A stretch of 64,000 bases of DNA from Macrostomum lignano (Eukaryota). The notes beneath the pieces are model-generated. The model was not told the origin of the DNA. It worked only from the letters and a program-made list of their open reading frames with translations, and did no database searches. This document shows positions 46,594 through 58,475 of the stretch, in pieces. The stretch is taken from the NCBI GenBank assembly GCA_002269645.1, contig NIVC01001521.1, positions 1 through 64,000 of the forward strand. Direction: 5' to 3'. Every line of letters starts with the position of its first letter. Within the stretch, counting starts at the first letter, position 1. A program made the translations under genes and the position numbers.

Positions 46594-47604
46594 CTAATTA
46601 AAAAGCTTTCGAACGGCCTCATCGTCCAGAGCCGTGTTGGCCACGGCCACAGCCCTGACGACCCCATCGAGTAGGCCGTAGTTTGGGTAGCGCCAGCCGA
46701 TCTTAATGCAGGCACCAGTGGTATTGTAGCTGGACAAAGTATAGGTGACAAATTCCGAATCGATGGAGTGCGCGGAGCCTGGGAAAAATCTGCACTGGCT
46801 CGCCGTTCGGTCAAAGACAACGCCTAAAGTTAAAAATTGCTGCGGGTCGATGGGCAGCACAGAGCCGGTTTGGAATCGGCGTGGCTGGCCCGGCATCAGA
46901 TTCAGGGACCGCGTGATGTTCGAGAGCATGCTGAGCTCCCAGAAATGATCACGGTACTCGAAGCTGCCGCCCAAATTGCTGCAGCTGCTCAACTCCAAAT
47001 AGCATTGCTTCTTGGGAGTCCTCTTCAGGTGCAGCACCCAGGTGTAGGACGCCGTGAAGTCCAGACCTGTGGGGTCGTCCACCCACAGCCGAGACGAGAC
47101 TCCGTCCATGCGAGCGCCTTCGTTCGTCCACGAGACACCGCTGGACTTCACGGGGTTCCTCTGTCCCTCGGAGCCGCACACCAGGTTCTCCAGCGCCGGT
47201 CCCCTGTCTCCGACCCACACAGCGCTGAAGTGCTCGTTCGCAGCGATCGCGTCGTACTCCGAGTCCACCAGGGTTTCGCAGCTGCTCTCAGTGGCCACTC
47301 CCGAAGTCGATGTCGTGGAGGTCATGTTGAGCAGGCGGCACACCTCACCGAAGCGGAACAGCGCGCACGAGGCGTCTCGCTTGTTCCGCTGCACCACGCC
47401 GACGCTGCCGAGACGGAACGACCGACTCGACACGAAGCAGTCGAGCAGGGAGGCGGAGGGCGAAGGCTTCTGCCAAGCAGACAAAGAAAAGTTGAGGCAG
47501 CGTTCCTTGATTAGTTTGAACGTCGTCACTTTTGTTTTCTCTTGAGCATCGCAGCCGTGAATTGTGGCGCACATTAGCGCAACGAAAAAAAATTCCTGCT
47601 TCAT
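46594..47604 (-). CDS. Secreted LamG/pentraxin-fold protein, copy E (336 aa, intact, intronless)
   Basis: Signal MKQEFFFVALMCATIHGCDA from ATG 47604; colinear with copies A and D. Confidence 0.88.
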   Translation of the reverse strand: MKQEFFFVALMCATIHGCDAQEKTKVTTFKLIKERCLNFSLSAWQKPSPSASLLDCFVSSRSFRLGSVGVVQRNKRDASCALFRFGEVCRLLNMTSTTSTSGVATESSCETLVDSEYDAIAANEHFSAVWVGDRGPALENLVCGSEGQRNPVKSSGVSWTNEGARMDGVSSRLWVDDPTGLDFTASYTWVLHLKRTPKKQCYLELSSCSNLGGSFEYRDHFWELSMLSNITRSLNLMPGQPRRFQTGSVLPIDPQQFLTLGVVFDRTASQCRFFPGSAHSIDSEFVTYTLSSYNTTGACIKIGWRYPNYGLLDGVVRAVAVANTALDDEAVRKLFN

Positions 47605-47990
47605 GCTTTCAAAATACCTGTTTTCAAAAATCGCAATCACCGAAGCTGGAGCGCTTCTGTGTTTTGTTAGCTGCTCTCGCTGTTGTGCGTGAGTTTTGTA
47701 AGCGGAGCTTTTTGAGGGCTGCTCTGATTCGTCTAGAGATTTTGCCACTCAAAAAGGTAACACGTCTTTTCTCTATGTTGTCTTTCTACAGCATAGATTG
47801 TCTGTCGCTATACTTTTAGTAAAGCATGCAGTTAACAACTATCGTATCTGTTGCCTTAATGAGTTGATACTGTCCAAACGCTAGTACGTACTACCCTCAT
47901 CGGGTGCAGGGGGTGCTGCTGCAGACCTGAGATGCTGTTTTTATAGCACCTGATACCTGTTTTTGTTAGTTTTCTTTATTCATCCTATAA

Positions 47991-48200
47991 GTGGTTGGTA
48001 GCCTAGTGGTTAGAGCGTCGGACTTACGACTGAAAGGTCGGGGGCTCGATTCTCGACTCACTGAGAACAATTTGTGTCCTTGAGCAAGACACTTATTTCA
48101 TGCATTGCTTCAGTTTACCCAGCTGTAAAATGGGTGCCAGCATTAGCTGGGGTAATTGAGGGTGTGTGGCGACCCTCTCCCACTCCTTGGACTGAAGGTT
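47991..48200 (+). mobile_element. tRNA-derived SINE with CORE-like central domain
   Basis: Box A TAGCCTAGTGG, degenerate box B GGGCTCGATTCTC, then GTGTCCTTGAGCAAGACACTT...CTTCAGTTTACCCAGCTGTAAAATGGG, which resembles the MIR/CORE consensus GTGACCTTGGGCAAGT.ACTT...CTCAGTTTC.TCATCTGTAAAATGGG. Confidence 0.85.
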
Positions 48201-48399
48201 TTTCTAATAAATGACAAACAATGAAAATAAAAATGCCTTGCAAAAAAACAATAAAAAGGCATAGTCAAAGAAATTTATTTTTTCAAATTGCAGTGCAGTT
48301 TAAATAAATAGAAATGTCGCCCATATGCTCAGATTTGAGTTTAAAAAATGAAGAATTGTACGTCTTTTTTTCTGACTAAAAACTCCGTCTCAAAGAGAT

Positions 48400-48828
48400 T
48401 CAAAATTCAGGGAACGAATTGCTCCTTGTCGAACTCAGCCTCTGATCGATGACGCGTTGCAGCCCAGTTTCGGCTCTCAGCCTCCGCTTCTTCAGCAGCT
48501 CGGTCGCCGCCGGCTTCACCATCTCGGCCGCGTGCAGCTGAATTCTATCGGGCACCAGGGGTCGCACAGCCTCAAATATATCTCGCACCAGGTGGTTCCT
48601 CTCGGCTGCTGAGTCTGACTCAACATCCAGCATCTGCATGCGCAACTTGGTCTGCTCGTGAATCCGCGCCTTCAGCTCGGAGCAGTTGTTCAGCTCGCTG
48701 ACTATGTACCTACTCACCTCTCGTTTCAGACCGCTAGCTCGTAGGTGGGCGTCGAGCAGGCAGACCAGATCGAGAGTCTGGTCTGCCTCATCTTTTGGGC
48801 TTTTTTTTTGCTGCTGCTGCTGCTTCAT
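48400..48828 (-). CDS. Divergent ENY2/Sus1-like protein (142 aa, tentative)
   Basis: Clean ATG-to-stop ORF with coding-like composition. L..SG.K.E...I...L..C and HLVRDIFEAVRPLVPDRIQ echo ENY2 L.ETGERE...L..KL.ECGW and [20 protein letters not shown]. Basic C-terminal extension (LKKRRLR). Confidence 0.5.
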   Translation of the reverse strand: MKQQQQQKKSPKDEADQTLDLVCLLDAHLRASGLKREVSRYIVSELNNCSELKARIHEQTKLRMQMLDVESDSAAERNHLVRDIFEAVRPLVPDRIQLHAAEMVKPAATELLKKRRLRAETGLQRVIDQRLSSTRSNSFPEF

Positions 48829-50692
48829 TGTGGTTTGTGCGACTGTTGAGTTATTATAACTTGATGAAGCTGAGAATGAATATCTTTTAACGAGTTCGTC
48901 AGTCAGTTTTTAGTAGATTTAGACACCATTTTAGACGGATTATGACACAGACTAAAGCTTTCAAAAGTATAGGATACTAAAAGCTATTAATAGTTATACT
49001 GTAGGTATTTTATTGTTAACAGAATCTTGCCGATATTATTATAAATTTTGTCGTGCTATACATGTATGTGTCGTGGCCAAGGACGACTTAAGTAAGAGGG
49101 GAAACATCGTTTTTTAGAAAATTTAAAAAGGCAGCTAGGTTTTCCCGAAAAAATACACTACGGAGATAGGAAGTTTTCATTTTTCAGCACAAAAATTGTT
49201 ATTGCTTTCGATAGGAGGAAGATCCAGTGTTTCATTTTTTGATATGGTGTGCCTTTCTTAGTGCTCTATCGATATTCATAAAGCTCTCCGTTCAAAAAAT
49301 TAGGAGTCTATGTGGATTTTTTATTCTACGTACATTTGCACGTGTCTTGTGCCTAAAAAACATTGAAATGGCACGGCTCGGCTCTTTGGTTTTGTGTCTA
49401 TTTTATCATTCTTAGCTGACTGTGTAGCAAATATTTGTAAGAGAGATGATAAAATAGATTCATAAAACCAGGAATTAGAGCTGTGTCCTGTTTCGGAAAA
49501 ACTTGCCTTCTAAAATTTAGGCAGAAACGAGGTTTCCCGTCCATTCTACTTAAGTCGTCCTTGGTTGTTGCATGCAAAAGGGAACGGTCCATTGGAGTTC
49601 TATTGGCCAAGCGTTTGAAATATGCAAACACTGCACAAATCGAATACAATATGAAACGATGAGCCAGAATAGAAAGAACGGTTTGAGGTTTTCACAGAGA
49701 CAACAAGACGCTTTCATTTTCTATCAGTTTACAGTAGAAAGACCCTGGGGGTGTATTTCAAATACACACATTTTTCCTGTGCCTGGATCTCCAAGAATGT
49801 TCAACCAATTGCCATGAAAATCCAGAACACGGGCTAAAATTTTCCGCTCTATTCGATAGAGCAACTTTAAGAATCACGAAAAATCGGCATCGTCCAGATA
49901 TTCAACGATTCTTCTCGGGTGTCCGGAGAAAAAAACCACCAACATTGGCAAATTTTTTCTGCTGATAAAATCTATCATAAAACCACGTCGGCTCAACAAA
50001 CTATGCATATCAGTCGTAGAGGCCTTTTTTCTCAGCATCCCAGGCACCAGGGTCCCCTTCATCACCGTCTGGAGCATCGGCGGCGACCGTCAGGACCTTC
50101 AAAAAAGCACCCGATCGGCATCTCAGAGACGGCCCATGCGTTTCCAAAACTGAAATGAAAGAATCCTCTTCTGCATGCAGCATTCAGTCAGTAGACATAA
50201 TCGGTGAATGAAATGGACGATGGCGACCCTCCAGGTTGACCTGTAGACATACAAGCGACCTTCGGGACCTTCAACGGAGTGCCACCACGCGGGCCTGACG
50301 AGCTGGCACCCCAACATCGTGATTTTCCTGTCAAGGTACCAAACCAGGCATGTCTGCATATTATACAATGCTTTTGCACCATGTTAAATTGGAGAGTTGC
50401 AGATTGACCTCGTGACTGAAAAATACAAAATTTTTGATTTGTAAAAAATGATATTACAGCAAATTAAGTGCAGAAGGATCTGAACACCGACACATGGACA
50501 CAAAATCGGAGTCAATTTCCATTGTTTTCCAGTGTCCATTGTTCCACATAGCAATTATTCGAACTCCCTAAAGATTTTTTTATTTAACGTTCTCTGTTGT
50601 ATTTCTACTCTAAGTAGAGAGTATAGTTAATAGCAAAGCAATTCTGTTTAATTTCAAGATAGTATAATAGTGTATTAGTAGCTTGTACGAGC

Positions 50693-51703
50693 GGGGGCCC
50701 ATCACAAGCTCGAAAAATCACATCGTCGAAAAGCATCCACCGTCACAAGCTCGAAAAGTCATAAGCTCGAAAAATCATATCGTCGAAAAGTTTAGCAACC
50801 ACCATTACAAGCTCGAAAACTCACAAGCTCGAAAACTCACATCGTCGAAAACTGATTTAGCAACCACCATCACAAGCTCGAAAACTCACAAGCTCGAAAA
50901 CTCACAAGCTCGAAAACTCACATCGTCGAAAACTGATTTAGCAGCCACCATCACAAGCTCCAAAAGTCATAAGCTCGAAAAATCACCTCGTCGAAAAGGT
51001 TAGCAACCACCATCACAAGCTTGAATAGGGTTAGGGTTTAGAGCTTGTGCCTTAGGGTTAGGGCTTAGGGTTAAGTTTAGGGTTGGGGTTGAACTTGTGC
51101 CTTAGGGTTAGGGTTTATGGTTAGGGTCGGGGTTAGAACTAGTGCCTTTAAGTTAGGGTTTAGGGTTAGGTTAGGGTTGGGGTTAGGGTTATGGTTCAGG
51201 GTTAGGCTAGGGTACTGGTGCCTTAGGGTTAGGGTTAGTGCCTTGGGGTTAGGGTTAGGGTTAGAGCTTGTGCCTTTTCGAGCTTGTGATGATGTTTGAT
51301 AAACTTTTCGACGATATGATTTTTCGAGCTTATGACTTTTCGAGCTTGTGATGGTGGCTGCTAAATCAGTTTTCAACGATGTGATTTTTCGAGCTTGTGA
51401 CTTTTCGAGCTTGTGATGGTGGTTGCTAAACTCTTGGACGATATGATTTTTCGAGCTTATGACTTTTCGAGCTTGTGATGTCGGCTGCTAAATCAGTTTT
51501 CGACGATGTGATTTTTCGAGCTTGTGAGTTTTCGAGCTTGTGATGGTGGTTGCTAAACTTTTCGACGATGTGAGTTTTCGAGCTTGTGATGGTGGTTGCT
51601 AAATCAGTTTTCGACGATGTGACTTTTCGAGCTTATGACTTTTCGAGCTTGTGATGGAGCCCTGTTTCGACGATGTGATTTTTCGAGCTTGTGATGGCGA
51701 CCC
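50693..51703. mobile_element. Foldback/MULE-like MITE (~1.0 kb) with long modular TIRs and a telomere-repeat core
   Basis: Arms built from CATCACAAGCTCGAAAA(A)TCACATCGTCGAAA modules and their reverse complement; TSD GTACGAGC(G), 8-9 bp, on both sides. Confidence 0.88.
51026..51265 (+). repeat. Degenerate (TTAGGG)n interstitial telomere-like tract inside the MITE
   Basis: GGGTTAGGGTT runs interrupted by GTGCC spacers. Confidence 0.9.
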
Positions 51704-52443
51704 GTACGAGCGTATATCATCACTTATCGATGGTACAGTTTTTTTATACATGCAAATCTACGAGCGCATTTTGTGGGTTAAAAATATTGGCCACATTTTT
51801 TACGACACGAGCTGCTTTTCAGAGATTCGTTGCAAAAATTATACAATCGAACGCAAGCCGCCCATGAAGTGACTCGGGATTGACGCCAGAATATATCGAG
51901 ACTAATAAGAGACCCGACACACTGGCCAGTGGAAACCATGGAAGAGAGAAGCAGACAGGCAGGGCGAGATAAAAAATGTCAAGAGCCTCTGGGATTGGTT
52001 AGTTTGTGTTTCCACTGCGCACTTGGGCCACTCCGCGGTCTCCGCAGAGCGCACATTTTGGGCAGCAATGCAATGGAGGTGAATAGCTTTTGCGACAGAA
52101 CAGATATAGACGGGGAGAGCAGAAAGGAGAGTGGCAATAGACTCGTCTTGCTTTAGTACCAGGGCAGAAGAATCGTATTTATTTGGCTAGCAAACCAGTC
52201 AGCTGCCCACGCGCTGCTCCATTCATTGTTTTGTTTCGCAATATAAAGGTCTGCTCGGAGTTGAAGGGCAACTGCTCAGAGTGGCTATTAGCATAAAGCC
52301 ATTAAAGGAATTCTAATAAAAAAGGCACCTCGCGTTTAACGTCAATAATAAGCTCACGTACTGGCATGAAACTCTAAGGTTTGATAAAAGCGCTGGTCTT
52401 CTCAACTTGAGTCAAAGGAAGAACTATTGTTACACCATTGGCA

Positions 52444-54780
52444 ATGGAAGAAGGCTGGGAGCTCTGCATCCTTGTCGAGGATCTGCAACTAAACCGGCGG
52501 ATTCGAGTCCGCGGCGACACTCACCTCGGCGGCGTCATGCTGAAGCTGATCGAGAGTATCGAGGTTCGCATGGACTGGTCTGACCACGCGATCTGGTGGC
52601 CAGACGAAAACCGCTGGCTGCTGAAGACGCGTCGAACTTTGGATCAAATCGGCGTGCAGTCGGATTCCAGACTGGAGTTCCTCCGGATGCACAATGTGAC
52701 CAAGGTGCAGCTGCCCGACCTCCAGGAGCTCGAGATGACAATAAACTATTCTCAATCAGTGTTCGGCGTCGTAGTCGGTCTGTGCCGCGAGCTCGGCATC
52801 CGGCACCCAGAAGAACTGTCGCTGCGGCGTCCGCTGCATCTGTTGATAGCAAACTCTGCCGGATCCAACGGCACCCTCGGCAGTCGATTCGGCAGCTTCC
52901 GACGATATAACCGGAAGTCGGCGGACAAACCGGAACTGTCGAACGGCGGCAGCGGGAGTGGCAACTTTAATCCGCTTATGCCGCGCCAGTTCAGCGAAAC
53001 AAGTCGGACCAGCTCGTCTCCGCGGACACCCAGCTCCCTGGGCCCGCCCGAAGCCTCGCCAACATCGTTCAACTCTCTACGGTTCCAGAGAGACGAGCTG
53101 GCAAGCTTGGCCAACAGTCCTTGGATACCGCTGCAAACTGCTCTGCTTGAAAAAGGCGTCATTCGGTCAAAATCTCTGGCCAATCTTTCCGCTGCCAGCG
53201 AGGCCTGGTTCGACTCGTCTCGCTCCCTGATGGAACAGGGCGTCCGGCCGAACTCCAACGAGCTCAACTCGCTGCAGTTGCGCTACAAGTTTCACGTCTT
53301 CTACGATTTAAATGTGAAGTACGACTCGGTGAGAATCAACCAGATCTACGAGCAGACTAAATGGTCGCTGCTATCTGAGGAACTGGAGAGCACCGAAGAA
53401 GAAGCCCTGCTTCTAGCTGCCCTTCAGCTTCAAATTTACTTGCAAGCAGATCTGCCAGCATCGCCGCATGCCGAGTCGCCCGTTTCGAAAAGCGGTAGCG
53501 TCTTGCTGGACGAAGCTGACAGCAAAGCGAAACAGGCTTCGCCAAGTGTCGATGCTAGTGGCTCCAATGACGATGAAATCGACGCCGCCCTCGCTGAACT
53601 TGAAGCCTCGCTGATGTCCGACAACTTTCTCACCCTGGCTTCGCCCGCTAGACTGAGCTCAGTGCCTGAAGAACAGCCGGAGAAGTCTAAACCGGTGAAG
53701 CAGCAGCAGAGTCTGGACAAAATGCCCGAACTAGCTGGCTACCTGAAGTTCTTAAAGCCCCGGAAGAGCACTCTACGCGGCTACCGTCGGAAGTACTTTG
53801 TTCTGGGCGAGACAACGCTGGAAATGTACTCTGATCAGGCCAGGAATCGTCTAGAAGAAGTCTTTAATCTACAAAGCGCCGAGGTGAACGCTAACGTGAG
53901 CACAACTACTCAGAAGTTCGGCATTCACTTGTTTGTTAGCGACGCCGGCAGTCAAGAACTGGATGCCCCGATGCAGGAGCTCCTACTACGCTGCGAAGGT
54001 AAAGATCAGTACGCCGAGTGGATCGCGGGCATAACCCTGGTGGCTAGCGGCAAAACTCTAGCTAGCAGGTCGGCCTTCGAGGCTGAGTTATCCGCCACGC
54101 TGGCCCAGATGGAGCTGCAAACTCCGAAGCCGCAGCAGCGAAGTCGAGAAAGAAACGGCCAGCCTTCAATCGATTTCGATCCGGAGAACTTCTTGGCCCA
54201 GCGTCATCTGAAAGCCCGAAAGCAGAGCTGGCTGCGCGAGCAGATTCTGATCCGGTTGGACAACGTGCGCGACAGAGGTTTGCTAGACGCAAAACTGGAC
54301 TACATCCGCATCTGCCAACGCTTGCCGATGTACGGAGTGGCCCACTTTCTGGTCCAATGCACGGTAGGACCGCAGCCAGAGAGGCCGGCAGTGGTGAGCT
54401 TCAGTGACTTCAAACGAGAGAAAACTGCTGGCAAAGTCGAGTTGATTGGCGTGGCGTCAAATCGGCTGATGCGTCTGGATTCGTCGACAGGTCAGGTGAT
54501 TGGCGCTTGGCGACTGGAAGAGATTTGCTCGTGGACCATCAACTGGGAGCTGCTCAGCGTGCAGGTGAGGCTGGCCCGGCCGCCCCACGAGTTGCTGCTG
54601 GTGCCGCAGCCGCATGACGTCGCCAGGTCGGCTTCGAGGCTGGGCCTGTGCAAAACTCTGGTCGAGTTCCTGGGGGGCGCCGCTTTCCTCCGACTTCGCC
54701 AGTCGGACAAAAGCCAGCGCCTGGACGAGCAGCGGTTTCACCAGCTCACCGGAACGCGGGACGAAGCGGCCAGTCGTTGA
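52444..54780 (+). CDS. FERMT: Kindlin/fermitin (UNC-112) family FERM-PH protein, intronless, divergent
   Basis: WEL.ILV.DL...RVRGDTHLGGVMLKL.E; DWSDHAIWWP..N.WLLKTRRTLDQ.GVQ.D..L.F; WFDSSRSLMEQG; YDLN.KYD.VRINQIYEQ.KWSLL.EE; PELAGYLKF.KP; NWE; LVEFLGG..FL. First ATG at 52444. Confidence 0.95.
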   Translation: MEEGWELCILVEDLQLNRRIRVRGDTHLGGVMLKLIESIEVRMDWSDHAIWWPDENRWLLKTRRTLDQIGVQSDSRLEFLRMHNVTKVQLPDLQELEMTINYSQSVFGVVVGLCRELGIRHPEELSLRRPLHLLIANSAGSNGTLGSRFGSFRRYNRKSADKPELSNGGSGSGNFNPLMPRQFSETSRTSSSPRTPSSLGPPEASPTSFNSLRFQRDELASLANSPWIPLQTALLEKGVIRSKSLANLSAASEAWFDSSRSLMEQGVRPNSNELNSLQLRYKFHVFYDLNVKYDSVRINQIYEQTKWSLLSEELESTEEEALLLAALQLQIYLQADLPASPHAESPVSKSGSVLLDEADSKAKQASPSVDASGSNDDEIDAALAELEASLMSDNFLTLASPARLSSVPEEQPEKSKPVKQQQSLDKMPELAGYLKFLKPRKSTLRGYRRKYFVLGETTLEMYSDQARNRLEEVFNLQSAEVNANVSTTTQKFGIHLFVSDAGSQELDAPMQELLLRCEGKDQYAEWIAGITLVASGKTLASRSAFEAELSATLAQMELQTPKPQQRSRERNGQPSIDFDPENFLAQRHLKARKQSWLREQILIRLDNVRDRGLLDAKLDYIRICQRLPMYGVAHFLVQCTVGPQPERPAVVSFSDFKREKTAGKVELIGVASNRLMRLDSSTGQVIGAWRLEEICSWTINWELLSVQVRLARPPHELLLVPQPHDVARSASRLGLCKTLVEFLGGAAFLRLRQSDKSQRLDEQRFHQLTGTRDEAASR

Positions 54781-55147
54781 TGACCTCGAATGACCCCGAA
54801 GTAGTCGGGAGAACTTTTACACCAAATTGCATATAGTCGCTTGTACAGCCATTTTTATTGATTGATCCTTGTCGCTTTGATTTCCAGTGCTAGCTGGGCA
54901 ATTGCAACATTAGATTTATAACTAAAGCTGGACTCAAATCACTGCAGACTCACTAAAATTGCCGACTTCCTTGCATTTTATCAACCAGTCAAGCTTCATC
55001 CCTTATTCAAGTAGCGAACCGTAGACATGGTTAAAATACACTTGTCCTGCTTTTTCGGCACCAGGTGTTGACAAACACATCTTGGTGAAAAATTTGTCTG
55101 CAACCAATATAGCATTATAGTATTACTATTTTTATCTGATCCACTGA

Positions 55148-55480
<333 letters not shown>

Positions 55481-56488
55481 AAATATTGATGTACTACGTA
55501 AGTAAAACATTTGTTTAAATCAACCACAACCGGCTTGAAGGAATATCTGCAGAATTACATGTACAGTCAGCATTTTGAGCAGTTTACAGCTGTACCTTAT
55601 CTATATGGGCCGGCTGTAAAGCTGCAAGTAAACTCAACTCAGCATTGAGACTCTTATCTGGCTCCACAATTGACGAGAGTTTCCTGTTTTAAAACTAACC
55701 CAGCTCAGAAAAGTAATGCGACACAAATAAATTGTTGAGGGCAGGACTAAGCTCACATGCACTGGCTTGGCCCTGCTCAACAGGAGTCTGTCTGTCTTGC
55801 ATTTGTTTCTCTGAATTCCGTCCACGGATTGAGTTTTTAAGTTAAAGATTTTGCTACTAATAGGAAGGTCTCAGGAACTGGAGGGGGTAGCAGCTCACCG
55901 TACCAGTGAACGCATCTATGAAAAAATAATCATAAAATATTGCGTTTTAATGCTTTTCTGTGATAGAATAAATATAGATACGCAACGTGTAGAAAGTCAC
56001 TTCAGCTCAAGTGTGTTTATTAACTCCACTGCACTTACCTTGGAATTAATAAATGCCACCTAAACCAGACCCAGGAATATTGTTTACCATCTATATGGGT
56101 GGCATATCCAATTTTAAGGCAAAATTGCCTGGGGGAGCTAACGTTAAACTTTGGAAACTCCGTAGCAGAGGTGAGTGTAAAACTGCGATCAGGTACCTGC
56201 CCAATTTCACAGTCACTGCGCACCTGGCTGAACTATATATACTCATCATGCCTCTTGGGCTCCGATAAATTGACCCCTAAATTCCTGCTTCGTCGGATTT
56301 GAAACCGGCGCCACCAAAGGTGAAAAATGGCGTTTTTTATTTGAGGGTAGACCCTTTTTGCACCTCTTCGGTCACTGTTTACTGCGCACAAAAGCCAAAT
56401 TGAATGTGGCACCGCCTGGATCTGCCTTGATATACATATTATAGACAGAAATTTGGTGTCATACTCTTACTAGATGAATGCCGATACA

Positions 56489-57361
<873 letters not shown>

Positions 57362-58151
57362 GTTATCCAGCAAACAACTTTTCAAAGAACAAGACACAAC
57401 AAAATTTAGGCTTTAGTTTTTGGCCATATTGAATAAGCTAAGCTTAATTAGCAACAAATTTGCTCAAATTTTAGGGGCAGAACTCTGTACAGAAAAAGGC
57501 ATGCGAGATTGACACCTTGCGAGGGCAGAGATCGTTAGGGTCAAGAGCTGCTCTACTTAGCCTGCTCGAGGCCGTGTTAGCGATGGTATACAGTGGGCTA
57601 CGAATAGAAGTTTCAAAGTTCAATTTTGAAAAGCAAAGGCCATGCAGCTACCTATAGGCAAGCGGCCTATAGCTGAGACCTTCACTACAGGGTTGAATGG
57701 TTTGAAAATTTTTCTACAATAAAGAATGAGTTTTCAAATGCAATGCTCAAATTCTAGCCTTTTATGGAAAGTTTTTAGTTTCTAATTCAAAGCTGCTTTG
57801 CAAAACCATATTACGAGGTAGCATACTATAATAGAGACATTTTCTGCTCGAAATAAAAATTGATCGGTTTTACTTGTAGTGACCAAAACTTTGTTTTAAT
57901 TCGAATAATATTATCGAACTCGTGCGTCGAGTAACAGTTTTCTTTGTTATAAAAGAGCAAAACGATAAAAACTGCGATAGTTACTCTTTTCTTATATTTA
58001 ATCCAGTGGTCGTTTGATCTGATGAAAGCTTTTGAGATGATATATTAATAATAGCAGTCATTAAAATGCTTGCTAGGTACCTGGTAACTCTAATCTATGC
58101 ACACAATTTTACCGCAAAGTTCACAAAATCGTACGTCTGTCTAAATGACAG

Positions 58152-58475
58152 AGACAGATTCGTGGACGTGGCATCGGCCAGCAGCTTAAGCTCATGTCGA
58201 CACCGGTGCTCCAAACCTCCAATAGAGACTGTAGGCTGCGTCAGGTACTTCTTGAACGCCTCATTGAATGTTGCTGCCAAAGGACTAAGACTGCATGCTA
58301 CTCGCACCTCCTCCGGTTTTCAGTGAACACGAGCGAACTGTGCTACTTTGCACCACCGCAGGACTGGATAACACCATCGGGTGTTGTGCTGAAAAGAATC
58401 AGCTGCCACGACATCAGGTTTGAGCACGCAGAGACGCGAAGCCAGGCGCTGGCGAAGAAGCTCCAGCACCGGCTA
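58152..58475 (+). pseudogene. Inverted, internally deleted copy of DEG/ENaC exon 2
   Basis: FVDVASASS...RCSKPPIETV..VRYF.NASLNV..K /frameshift/ CYSHLLRFSVNTSELCYFAPPQDWITPS..VLKRI.CHD..F.HA matches the 5' part of exon 2 (about 60920-61334) on the opposite strand. Confidence 0.88.

Noticed and set aside
47991-48065. Functional tRNA gene
   Set aside because: Box B is degenerate, there is no clean acceptor stem, and it continues directly into a CORE-SINE body.
49050-50520. Possible decayed DNA transposon (fragmented coding-like minus-strand text)
   Set aside because: I could find no TIR/TSD pair or diagnostic catalytic motif, so it is left unannotated pending a profile search.
51026-51265. True telomere or chromosome-fusion site
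   Set aside because: The tract is short, degenerate, in a single orientation, and enclosed by TIRs with a TSD.
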